In this document: positions 20,057-28,645 of the stretch, piece after piece
How positions within the stretch are numbered: the stretch's first letter is position 1
How the letters are laid out: every line of letters starts with the position of its first letter
From: a virus
Lineage: Duplodnaviria; Caudoviricetes
Reading direction: 5' to 3' (one strand)
IMG/VR virus record: IMGVR_UViG_2799112767_000002
Location: 1,844-65,843 of that record
Length of the DNA stretch: 64,000 bases
The notes under the pieces: generated by a model
Told to the model about the DNA's origin: nothing
What the model saw: the letters and a program-made list of their open reading frames with translations, nothing else
Database searches by the model: none
Translations under genes and position numbers: made by a program

Positions 20057-20374
20057 ATGGAGATTATGGCAACAAAACGAAAGAAACCGACTACCATTCC
20101 CTGCTGTGTGGGAGTGGTGACTGTGACCACTGTGGTGTCACAACCTGGCATCCGAACCACTTACAAGAGCAGCATCGGCTTCGCCAGTGCTGACGTAACC
20201 CCAAAGCGGCGTAAGGACATTGCAAATGAAATGAAGGCCTCAATCAGAGAGTATGTACTGAAGAACCGCGATGCCTACGGCATAAAGAGCCAGGCCGATG
20301 TCAAGTTCTATGCCGGTGTGAAGATACTGGAGTGTGACGGACTAACAGGTTTCAGAAATGGGAAAGATAAGTAA
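20057..20374 (+). CDS. Phage hypothetical protein
   Basis: Likely start ATG 20057 or 20066. Confidence 0.55.
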   Translation: MEIMATKRKKPTTIPCCVGVVTVTTVVSQPGIRTTYKSSIGFASADVTPKRRKDIANEMKASIREYVLKNRDAYGIKSQADVKFYAGVKILECDGLTGFRNGKDK

Positions 20375-20840
20375 CTACCACCGCTTCTATGCCTCACTGA
20401 ACCGTCTGCCAGGCGGTAATACCGAGGATATGAAAGAGACCCTTGTGTCGAGTTTCACGGACGGTCGGACTACGAGCCTGAAGGAAATGACGCAGAAAGA
20501 GTACAACGCTATGTGCGCCTCGCTGGAGGAACGCACCGGCTGGAAGGAGCAACTGAAGAAGAAGCGCAGCCTGTGCCTGAAGCTGATGCAGAAGGCAGGT
20601 ATCGACACCACCGACTGGCAGCGCATCAACGACTTCTGCAGGAACCCGAAGATTGCCGGCAAGGAGTTCGCCCAGTTGGGCGTGAAAGACCTCGACGCGC
20701 TGCAGGTGAAGTTGCGTGCCATTATGAGCAAGGGCGGTTTGAGACCAGCCAAGGCTCAGGAGGCAGCGACAGAGTCGCAGCATACCAGACAAGAAGTAAC
20801 CTATATCGCCGTGCCTTTGGTGGGTATGGGTCAAGCATAA
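20358..20840 (+). CDS. Mu gp16/GemA-like (DUF1018-type) regulatory protein
   Basis: G.TTSLKEMT..EY..M and L..L..KLRAI patterns; Mu-like early-gene position. Confidence 0.55.
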   Translation: MGKISNYHRFYASLNRLPGGNTEDMKETLVSSFTDGRTTSLKEMTQKEYNAMCASLEERTGWKEQLKKKRSLCLKLMQKAGIDTTDWQRINDFCRNPKIAGKEFAQLGVKDLDALQVKLRAIMSKGGLRPAKAQEAATESQHTRQEVTYIAVPLVGMGQA

Positions 20841-20882
20841 ATTAAGTTCACCCTAATAATAACAATCAAAAAACAAGAGACA

Positions 20883-21443
20883 ATGGCAAGACAGAAAAAG
20901 ACCATTATCACCGGCGTGTCCCGCGAGGCCGCTGATGAAGCATTCGCAACCTATGCGAAGAGTGACGCACAGATTCAGAAAATCAATGCAGAGATAGAAC
21001 TGCAGTGCGCCAAGATCCGTGAGAAGTACGCCGACAAGTTGGCCACCCTGGGCGCTGAGAAGGACAAAGCCTTTGACGTGCTCCAGAGCTTCGCCACCGA
21101 GAACCAGGCAGAGTTGTTCACCAAGAGGAAGAGCCTCGACATGGCTCACGGCACCATCGGCTTCCGCACCGGCACACCGAAATTGAAGACCCTGAAGGGC
21201 TTTACCTGGGCGAGTGCGCTGACGCTGGTAAAGAAGTTCATGCCTGGCTATGTGCGCACCAGCGAGGAAATCGCCAAGGACAAACTGCTGGCTGACCGCG
21301 AACTGGAGGCTGTTGAGTTCATTGAGAACGACATCACCAAGAAACAGATACCGATGGGTACTGCTATGGCCGAGTGCGGTATCATGGTGACTCAGGACGA
21401 GACCTTCTATGTAGAACCCAAGAAAGAGGAGACCACCGTATGA
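20883..21443 (+). CDS. Gam-like host-nuclease inhibitor (DUF3164)
   Basis: Long helix, then HGTIGFRTGTPKL...EEIAKDKLL...QDETFYVEP. Confidence 0.85.
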   Translation: MARQKKTIITGVSREAADEAFATYAKSDAQIQKINAEIELQCAKIREKYADKLATLGAEKDKAFDVLQSFATENQAELFTKRKSLDMAHGTIGFRTGTPKLKTLKGFTWASALTLVKKFMPGYVRTSEEIAKDKLLADRELEAVEFIENDITKKQIPMGTAMAECGIMVTQDETFYVEPKKEETTV

Positions 21444-21616
21444 TCAAGGAAGTGACCAAACCGGAGAAAGTTGCCTTGTGCCGTGAATGCCACGGCACGG
21501 GCAAGGTCACTAAGTTGGGCTTTTCGAGAAAATGCCCTAACTGTGACGGCAGCGGCAGAGTGCTTGTGAGTTGCGAAATGAAACTCCACATCCGCCCGTA
21601 TAAAGAAAGTAAGTAA
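21440..21616 (+). CDS. Small DnaJ-like Zn-finger protein
   Basis: CRECHGTG...CPNCDGSG; ATG 21440 overlaps the Gam stop. Confidence 0.7.
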   Translation: MIKEVTKPEKVALCRECHGTGKVTKLGFSRKCPNCDGSGRVLVSCEMKLHIRPYKESK

Positions 21617-21640
21617 CCCCGATATGTCTAATCAAGCTGC

Positions 21641-21931
21641 ATGGGACCCAAGAAGCGAAAAGGAAAAAGTTATGCGAAACGAGTAGCCGACATCAATCAG
21701 ATTTACGACACCTACGTCAGAACAGGCCTCCCGAACAGGGAGATATGGAAGCGTTACGTTTATCCGAAATACGGCATTTGTGAACGCACCTTTTATAATC
21801 TGCTGAAGGCATCGTCCAATCCTCAATTTGAGGAGCGGGCGGCGCTTTCAGCAGAGGGCTTTTTGTTCCCTGAGCTATTATTCCCCGAAGATGAAGTCAG
21901 AGACCCAGGCTATTTTAAGAAGAATCCTTAA
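21641..21931 (+). CDS. Putative HTH transcriptional regulator (possible late-gene activator)
   Basis: NREIWKRYVYPKYGICERTFYNLL HTH-like segment. Confidence 0.5.
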   Translation: MGPKKRKGKSYAKRVADINQIYDTYVRTGLPNREIWKRYVYPKYGICERTFYNLLKASSNPQFEERAALSAEGFLFPELLFPEDEVRDPGYFKKNP

Positions 21932-22454
21932 GGACATACAAGTGGAGATGTCCGACGAGTTCGACCAGAACTTTGAGCGTGAGGCATTCTTTAGCGAGGT
22001 ATGGCAGCGCAGGCGTAGCCCGATGCGTCCAGACGGTCATATCCTCGTCGATACAGGTCAGTTGCGCCGTAGCATCCAGAGCCGGACTACCGAGAACAGC
22101 ATCACGTTCTACACCGACCTGCCCTACGCAGCCATTCACAATGAGGGTGGCGAGATAGTAGTTACCCCAAGGATGAAGAAATACTTCTGGCACAAATACT
22201 ACGAGGCGACCGGCTCCTTTGGGCGCAAGAAAGACGGCAGCCGGAGGAATGACAAGCGCACGGTGCAACTGAGTGACGAAGCCGAGTTCTGGAAGTTTAT
22301 GGCACTAAAGAAAGCCGGTACCACCATCAAGATTCCGCGCCGTCGTTTCCTCGGTACCAGTCCGGAGGTGGAGCAAGCGGTGCGGACTATCATCGAGGAG
22401 AACCTGAGCGGATATATCGAAGAAGCCATCAATTTTGAAATACACGAGAAATGA
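21891..22454 (+). CDS. Virion morphogenesis protein (Mu gpG-like)
   Basis: LVDTGQLRRSI, YAAIHNEGG, IPRRRFLG. Confidence 0.85.
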   Translation: MKSETQAILRRILKDIQVEMSDEFDQNFEREAFFSEVWQRRRSPMRPDGHILVDTGQLRRSIQSRTTENSITFYTDLPYAAIHNEGGEIVVTPRMKKYFWHKYYEATGSFGRKKDGSRRNDKRTVQLSDEAEFWKFMALKKAGTTIKIPRRRFLGTSPEVEQAVRTIIEENLSGYIEEAINFEIHEK

Positions 22455-22954
22455 GAAAAGAAGTATATCAGATGCTCATAGAGCAACTTTCCAAACTATA
22501 TGTGACGCCGGAAGGTGACTACGGAGTAGCACAAACTGAAGACGATGCTCCTGAAGGCTGGGAACGCGCCATCAAGCACATCGACCTGTGGAACCACAAC
22601 GTGGAGTTCATCGAGCAGGAAGAGAACTGGGAGCGTCCGGCGGTGTTCGTGGAGTTCCAGCCCATCCAGTGGAACGCCATACAGTCAGGAGTGGAGTACC
22701 GTGCAGAGCCGATAGTGCACCTTCATGTGGTGACGGACTGGCAGGGCAGCAGTTCTGCAGATAGTGAGTTCCGTGAACAGAGCCTGAAGGTGTTCGACTT
22801 ACTGGAGGCGATACACCAGCAGTTGGCTTGCAGGAGAGGCAAGACGTTTCTGGAGTTTGACCTTGTAGGAAGCAGCACAAACCACAACCACGAGGAGATT
22901 ATTGAGAACATAGAAACCTACCAGTGCGTGGCGATAAAAAGCCTGGAAATGTAA
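22451..22954 (+). CDS. Putative tail completion/terminator protein
   Basis: IKHIDLWN...RPAVFVEF; follows the morphogenesis gene. Confidence 0.55.
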   Translation: MRKEVYQMLIEQLSKLYVTPEGDYGVAQTEDDAPEGWERAIKHIDLWNHNVEFIEQEENWERPAVFVEFQPIQWNAIQSGVEYRAEPIVHLHVVTDWQGSSSADSEFREQSLKVFDLLEAIHQQLACRRGKTFLEFDLVGSSTNHNHEEIIENIETYQCVAIKSLEM

Positions 22955-22973
22955 GAAAAACAGCCTTAGAATG

Positions 22974-23014
22974 AAAAAAATCCGCTACTTTTGTTGGAAG
23001 TAACGGATTTTTTT
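22974..23014. terminator. Bidirectional terminator between convergent operons
   Basis: A7-TCCGCTACTT...AAGTAACGGA-T7. Confidence 0.75.
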
Positions 23015-23027
23015 GTACCTTTGCACT

Positions 23028-23096
23028 TGCAATAAAGCACTGAGGGAATGGCACTCTGGCAATTTAGACCTAACCGCCGCCTTCGGTGTTTTATTC
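23028..23096 (+). ncRNA. Candidate small hairpin RNA, convergent with the muF 3' end
   Basis: TACCTTTG at 23016-23023. Stem AATAAAGCACTGAGG / CCTTCGGTGTTTTATT has two G-U pairs that favour the plus strand. Confidence 0.4.
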
Positions 23097-24281
23097 GTTT
23101 ATATCATTTATTGAGTAGAGATAGTATTTTATTACTATGTGTCCACTATCCCTATGCTTGACTTCCTTAGCAACATTTAACCGTACGGTTCTTCCATGCA
23201 ATTCTGCCTTATAATAGTAGAAATGTTCTATATTATCAGCTCTCGGATGCGTTAAAGCAGAATCATCAATATAGGTGCTGTTTTCAAGGAGCGCTCCCAA
23301 ATCTTTTAAGTCTTCTTTTAGCAAGACTCTTGATCTGCCGAATGTATCAGAGAAAAGGTGTTTATTCCCATAAGTAGAGAACCCGACTTTGATTGTACCC
23401 TCGTCGATGGGCTTTTCATGCCTGATTTGGAGCAACGGTTCCATTTCGTGGAGATAGTGTGTCCTTTCGATTGCAGTTGCTGACTTTTCATTATCCCCTG
23501 CACATCGATGCAGAAGTTCGCATGCAGCGCACACTTCGTTGTCAGGAACAAAAGCGAGTTTTAGTTTCCCCTTTGCAATGTCGCAGTCCCGGCACCGTTT
23601 GATGGTGTACGGATTGTAGTCCGGAATAGTTTTCTTCTCTATGCCAGGATTGAAGTGGAAGATGCCCTTAGTGTCCTTACCCGTTGCCTCCTCACCGAGT
23701 GCCATTGCCTCGTCGTGTGGTGTCACGGGGTACTTTGACCTGCGCACCTGTACGACGGTGCAGCGGCAGTTCCAGCCGTTTGGTGGGTAATACTCCTGCC
23801 AGAACGGGTCAGACATTGGGAGTGTCACACGATCGAGCGCGGCGTGTTCCGGACGCACCTTTTTGTCTCGCTGAGTGCGGTACTGCAGATTGTATCGGTC
23901 GCCGTCCTGCATGAAGCCCTCCCACTTGGCAGCCATGTCAGCCGAGGCCTGGCAGAAGTTATATTCCGCACGGAGGTAGTTCTGGTTGTAGGTGCGGTCT
24001 ATCCTCTGAACGTCATTCAAAAACTGTTCGAATGGTTTTCTATTGCCGTTCTCGTCGATGAGAGACGGGAACGCCTCGTTGAGTTCGTGGAACGTCTTCA
24101 TGCCTGAGAAGATGTAGTTCGACCGCTGAAGACGCTGGCGCATGGCATCCGACATTTTGACTTGCTGGAAGCCGGAGTTGAGCGCGTCGGCATGTGTCTC
24201 TATGAACTCCTGCATTTTCGGTGTCTCCAGTAACTCTATGCGGAACTGTGACCCCTGTTCCTTGTAGAGTGTCTTCATCAT
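23091..24281 (-). CDS. MuF (SPP1 gp7-like) head protein with an AT-rich C-terminal extension (LPD3/PBECR-like, putative toxin); true start uncertain
   Basis: LQYRTQRDKKVRPEH...YPPNGWNCRC MuF motifs. The frame stays open upstream to the end of the portal gene without an ATG. Confidence 0.85.
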   Translation of the reverse strand: MMKTLYKEQGSQFRIELLETPKMQEFIETHADALNSGFQQVKMSDAMRQRLQRSNYIFSGMKTFHELNEAFPSLIDENGNRKPFEQFLNDVQRIDRTYNQNYLRAEYNFCQASADMAAKWEGFMQDGDRYNLQYRTQRDKKVRPEHAALDRVTLPMSDPFWQEYYPPNGWNCRCTVVQVRRSKYPVTPHDEAMALGEEATGKDTKGIFHFNPGIEKKTIPDYNPYTIKRCRDCDIAKGKLKLAFVPDNEVCAACELLHRCAGDNEKSATAIERTHYLHEMEPLLQIRHEKPIDEGTIKVGFSTYGNKHLFSDTFGRSRVLLKEDLKDLGALLENSTYIDDSALTHPRADNIEHFYYYKAELHGRTVRLNVAKEVKHRDSGHIVIKYYLYSINDINE

Positions 24282-24384
24282 TCCCTCGAACAGGCGCGAG
24301 AGTTCCTGACGTATCTCGTCCTCACGGGCGAAAGTGGCGACGGGAAGACCGCCGTCCGCAAGGATTCGGGCATAGCGTTCGTGC

Positions 24385-24422
24385 AGCCCCAGGTAATCAC
24401 TGGGGCTCAGTCGAAAAAAGGG
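24385..24422 (-). promoter_or_regulatory. Candidate -1 programmed ribosomal frameshift signal (portal to MuF)
   Basis: C CCT TTT TTC slippery run, 5-nt spacer, perfect 8-bp stem AGCCCCAG-tgattac-CTGGGGCT. The -1 frame is the MuF frame. Confidence 0.65.
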
Positions 24423-25741
24423 CGCGCATTTTGTTCCTGTCGCGTCTTTTTGTCCGGCTTGGGCGTTTTATTGCCTTTGGGGTCTTCATCGTCCTGTGGC
24501 GGCTCTGGTGGCGCGACAGGCGGCAACATCTGCCTACGTTCCCCTACAGGCATGTTGTATTTCTCCTCGAAGTAGGCAGGGTCAACCTCATACTCATTGA
24601 GCACCATCGTCTCGTATGCCACCTGCTGCTCCGGCGTATAGTCCACTGAGTAGTCCCAGTCGAAGTGGATTCCTTTGAGCGGGAAGCCGTGACGGATCAT
24701 GTGCGGCAGCAGCTGATTGTTTACCATGTCACGGATGGTGTCGCAGTCCGCCTCGATGAGGTTCTGGAAGACTTCAAGGTGCGTTTCAGACTGTGAGAGG
24801 CTGGATCCGTCCTCGATGGTCATAGTCTGCCCGATGATCAGTTTGGAGAGTTCCGAGTTGGCACGATCGATGCGCTTGTCATAGACATTGAAAGCATCGC
24901 CCCGTGAAGACTCCACGACCTCGATGTTCGTACCCTCCTGGAATATGCCCCATCCCTCGGTACCCATGTCGGCCATCATCTTTTCCATCTTGGCGAGTTC
25001 CTTGTCATCGCGTGTGGTGGTCCGTGCAATGCGCATCGGCATACCGAAGATCTCGGCAAAGGTGTCCCAGAACGCCAGGGCATTTTTCTTCGGGATGGTC
25101 TGTGTTGCGGCTTTGAGGTAAAGCCCCAGACTGTCTGGCTGCCCCACCTCAATGAGCCAGTCGGCAAACGGTGTGTCGTGGTAGTCAATGCCGGTGTGCC
25201 AGTCCTGTCCGAGGTCAGGAACGACACGGTGATATTCCGGAATGACATGCTTACGCGGAATGAGGCGCACCCCGTCATAGGTCTGCCGTCCGTTTATGTC
25301 GGTGGTGATGTTGCCCAGTTCTATGAGCGAGTGCCCCCAGTAGTTAGCGTCGAGGGCGAACTTCATTAGCAGTTTGAACCAGGAGGTGTTGAAGTAGTTT
25401 GCTGCCTCCTCGTCCTCGTCACCCTTCTCGTTGACCAGTTTGAAGGAACGGGCCATGACAAAGCCCTCGCGCTGCTGTATGCAGCCGGAGAGGTGCAAAT
25501 CCACCTCCACATCGCGGTATATGTCGTATAGCCTCTGACGGTTCGGACTATCCACGTTTATTGCCAACTGCCAGGCATTTCTCCAGTCCCCGATATCCTT
25601 TCGGGTGAGCGAGTCGGTGGTGCGCTGTAGTTCCATGACCGTCTTCTTGAAGCGCTGCGCATCCTTCTTAGCCAGGCGCAATGTTCCGAACGGGGTGCGC
25701 ACCAGCAGTTTATTGTCTGTATTTTTGTTTCTCTTTCCCAT
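24407..25741 (-). CDS. Portal protein (DUF935, Mu gp29-like)
   Basis: FAEIFGMPMRIA..., ELSKLIIGQTMT..DGSSLSQSETH. Confidence 0.9.
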   Translation of the reverse strand: MGKRNKNTDNKLLVRTPFGTLRLAKKDAQRFKKTVMELQRTTDSLTRKDIGDWRNAWQLAINVDSPNRQRLYDIYRDVEVDLHLSGCIQQREGFVMARSFKLVNEKGDEDEEAANYFNTSWFKLLMKFALDANYWGHSLIELGNITTDINGRQTYDGVRLIPRKHVIPEYHRVVPDLGQDWHTGIDYHDTPFADWLIEVGQPDSLGLYLKAATQTIPKKNALAFWDTFAEIFGMPMRIARTTTRDDKELAKMEKMMADMGTEGWGIFQEGTNIEVVESSRGDAFNVYDKRIDRANSELSKLIIGQTMTIEDGSSLSQSETHLEVFQNLIEADCDTIRDMVNNQLLPHMIRHGFPLKGIHFDWDYSVDYTPEQQVAYETMVLNEYEVDPAYFEEKYNMPVGERRQMLPPVAPPEPPQDDEDPKGNKTPKPDKKTRQEQNARPFFD

Positions 25742-25746
25742 GATTG

Positions 25747-26166
25747 TTACCAGTTATGACGTAGTTTCTTCTGACAGCCGTACACCATCGGGAAGCCGAC
25801 GGGGTTTCCGTCCTCGTCGGTGGCAAGTGGCAGATCCGGCACGATTTTCCCTGCCTGAACTCCCTCCAGCCACTTGATGGCGCGTTCGTAACGTTCCTTT
25901 CGTATCTCCATGCCCATCTTCTGCGGTGCCGATGCAGCCATGTGATAGAGTGCGATGTCGCAGGTGTACATGACCACGAGCCTGTTCCGCTCCGTGCCAA
26001 CGGCACTGAAGATGGCGCTGGTGTCGTATTTGGGTCTGAGGTAGCCGCTGATTTCCTCGACGGCTTCCGTCTCGGCATTGGCCCGGTTCTCCTGGCTGAC
26101 CTGTGAGACAACCTTCAGAGCCTGGTCGCCGATGACCACCTTGTAGTCTTCATCCGTGATAAACAT
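25747..26166 (-). CDS. DUF1320 head-tail adaptor (Mu gp36-like)
   Basis: CDIALYH...RYERAIKWLEGVQAGK...L. Confidence 0.88.
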   Translation of the reverse strand: MFITDEDYKVVIGDQALKVVSQVSQENRANAETEAVEEISGYLRPKYDTSAIFSAVGTERNRLVVMYTCDIALYHMAASAPQKMGMEIRKERYERAIKWLEGVQAGKIVPDLPLATDEDGNPVGFPMVYGCQKKLRHNW

Positions 26167-26176
26167 AGCCAGAAGT

Positions 26177-26407
26177 TTAGAGTGTTATGTAAAGAGCCTT
26201 TGCTTCAAGGTCGGCAATGGTGGTACCTTTCCGGAACACCCCACCGGCTATGAACTTTTTGAGTTCCTGCTTGGAGAGGACTTCGAGGTGTTTGTTAATG
26301 ACCAGCACCATATATTTACGGTGCGTGATATGGTGAAAGCGGTCTGCTTTCTTGACGGCACGCTTGAAGCGGAAGCCGAAAATGAGGTCTTTAATGAGTT
26401 GGAACAT
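26177..26407 (-). CDS. Phage hypothetical protein
   Basis: Likely start ATG 26407 (MFQLIKDL...). Confidence 0.6.
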   Translation of the reverse strand: MFQLIKDLIFGFRFKRAVKKADRFHHITHRKYMVLVINKHLEVLSKQELKKFIAGGVFRKGTTIADLEAKALYITL

Positions 26408-26408
26408 A

Positions 26409-27971
26409 TTACCATTGGTTTTTGGAGGTCGGACGTTTGCCGAACCTCGGTGAATAAATCTGTTGTCTTGTATTTCTCTGCAGGATCCAGATGGCACCCT
26501 CGTCGGCATCAGGCGCGTCGTCGTTCCCGGACATACCCTTCTCGAATGCCAACAGCTGCTCCAGTCCGGCTTGCATGTCGGGGTCTTCCTTCTGTGCTTG
26601 GTCGTAGAACACGAAGCCACGCTCCCAGAGCGGACTGATGGCCTCGATACGCTGGAACTTGTCCGGTTTTTTGCGCGTGTCGCCCGTGATGGGGAGTTGG
26701 TAGCCACGCAGATTGCCCTCCTCCGTGAAGTCGTCGAGTATCATATCCTGCATAAATGAAGCCTCCATCGCAAAGCGTATGGCAATGCCTACTTCCTGGC
26801 TCCACTCGTAGAGGTCGTAACACCAGCGCACCAGTTCCGCTACCGATGCCTTGCGCACGAAAGCGCGGAGGTGCCAGAGCTCCGTCTTGCGCTTTGCCCA
26901 TAGTTTGGCCGCCTTGGTGTCGTTGGTCTTCTTGCTTTTCCAGGACGGGTCGATATAGAGGACAAATTCGGTAAAGTCCTTCCACGCTGGACGCTTCGCC
27001 CACTTGATCCATTCCTGCCGGAAGACGGTGCCCTCCACGATGGGGTTGTGCATCATCTCCTTGTTCCAGGCACGATAGCCCACGAACTCCATGTACTCAC
27101 GAGCCTCCTCCTTGGTCCATTTCTCTTTCCATACGGGGTTGCCCTCATTGTCAACGGCATATACCGTTGAGACGTGGACGCCCTTTGTGGCGCATATATT
27201 CGCCAGGACGGAAGTCTTGGATATGAGGTTGCCCACCATGAGGAAGCGACCGCGACCCACGTCGAGCGCTCCGAAGAGTGCCTCCTTTACCCAGTCGGTG
27301 AGTTCACGGACACGCCGTTCGTTACGGCATAGTTCGTCGTCGTCGAGGTCGTCGATGACAATGTAGTCAGGACGCGACTCACGCTTACGGAGACCACGTG
27401 GCGACTGCCCACGGCCACAAGCCAGGAAATACACCCCGTCCTTGGTGGTGAACTCACCCTCCGTCCAGTTGCCGAGCGTCATTTGTTTGCCGAAATCAGC
27501 AATGATGCGTTTGTTATACTGGAGCTCCGCCTGAATGTCACCCAGCAGTCGGTCGGCGGAGTCCTCGGACTTTCCGACAATCACCATGAAATTGATGAGC
27601 CGCTTCGGTTGGAACATCAACCAGAGCGGCATGAAGATGTCGAAGTGTGTGGACTTGGCGTGACCGCGTGGCCACTTGAAGACCGCCTTCAGGTTCGGCG
27701 TGTTTTTTACGAGTTTGGCTGCCGCATTGTGAAATGGGGCATTGTGGATGGTGCGTATGGCTTCGCCAGTCACCTTGTCACGGAGTGTAAGGAAATGCGG
27801 AAAGTAATACTCACAGAAAGCGGCATAGTCTTTCTGGAGGCGGCGTATGCGCTGCTCCTTCTGGGTGGCATTCTCACGTACGAGACTTTTCGTGTCGGTC
27901 AGGTTTTGGATCTGCCGGCAATGCTCCCTCCACTCCTCCTGTACTTTCTTAAATTCCGCGATAGTGGACAT
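26409..27971 (-). CDS. Terminase large subunit
   Basis: WPRGHAKST, RGLR...RPDYIVIDDLDDD, YIDPS, DDAPDA. Confidence 0.92.
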   Translation of the reverse strand: MSTIAEFKKVQEEWREHCRQIQNLTDTKSLVRENATQKEQRIRRLQKDYAAFCEYYFPHFLTLRDKVTGEAIRTIHNAPFHNAAAKLVKNTPNLKAVFKWPRGHAKSTHFDIFMPLWLMFQPKRLINFMVIVGKSEDSADRLLGDIQAELQYNKRIIADFGKQMTLGNWTEGEFTTKDGVYFLACGRGQSPRGLRKRESRPDYIVIDDLDDDELCRNERRVRELTDWVKEALFGALDVGRGRFLMVGNLISKTSVLANICATKGVHVSTVYAVDNEGNPVWKEKWTKEEAREYMEFVGYRAWNKEMMHNPIVEGTVFRQEWIKWAKRPAWKDFTEFVLYIDPSWKSKKTNDTKAAKLWAKRKTELWHLRAFVRKASVAELVRWCYDLYEWSQEVGIAIRFAMEASFMQDMILDDFTEEGNLRGYQLPITGDTRKKPDKFQRIEAISPLWERGFVFYDQAQKEDPDMQAGLEQLLAFEKGMSGNDDAPDADEGAIWILQRNTRQQIYSPRFGKRPTSKNQW

Positions 27972-27974
27972 AGT

Positions 27975-28448
27975 TTAGAGTTCTGCAGGGTGAGACATCT
28001 TTTCCATGAGGAACTTGTTCTGGTACTTGTTGATGGCCTTGATAAGTTCCGGCGTGATGTCCGGATCGTAGCAAGCCTGGTCCTGAATCCATCGATTGAA
28101 TGCCATGAAGACCTCGATGGCATCGATGACGTTTGCCTTCTTGTCGAGTTTCTCAATCGTTGACGAGAGTTTCGACAGTTTGTCGGCGAGTGCCCCGATA
28201 GCCTCTGGGTCGCCTGAATCATTGACCTGCGCAATGAGGTTGTCGATAGCGAGGAGCAACTTGTTGACCAGTTCAGGGCGTGAGATATTCTTGGCTGCAC
28301 GCGCCTCCTTCCATCCGTCGGTGCTGCACCACTTAGAGACAGACTGCCTTGACACGCCCAACTGGTCGGCAATCTCCGTCAGTTCCATGCCGGACATGTA
28401 CAGTGACCGTCCGAGCTGTTTCTTTCTTTCAATTTCTGCTTTTGTCAT
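27975..28448 (-). CDS. Terminase small subunit-like HTH protein
   Basis: EIADQLGVSRQSVSKW...WKE; upstream of terL; start ATG 28448. Confidence 0.75.
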   Translation of the reverse strand: MTKAEIERKKQLGRSLYMSGMELTEIADQLGVSRQSVSKWCSTDGWKEARAAKNISRPELVNKLLLAIDNLIAQVNDSGDPEAIGALADKLSKLSSTIEKLDKKANVIDAIEVFMAFNRWIQDQACYDPDITPELIKAINKYQNKFLMEKMSHPAEL

Positions 28449-28518
28449 AAAAACGTTTTTATTAAAGGAGTTGAAAACTGGTGCAAAGTTGGTTATTTTC
28501 AGGCAGTAGAGAAAAAAT

Positions 28519-28555
28519 GTGTGCAATGGTTTCATAGAAGTGTGCAACCGTTTCA
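28519..28555. promoter_or_regulatory. Direct repeats in the divergent late-promoter region
   Basis: GTGTGCAATGGTTTCA (28519) and GTGTGCAACCGTTTCA (28540), 21 bp apart. Confidence 0.6.
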
Positions 28556-28645
28556 CACTTTTTTTGTAGGGTCGATTAAAGGACGCAACTTTGCACAAAA
28601 AACAATCGCAGCTGTGCGTTTCCGCACAGCATAAAGAACGAAAAA

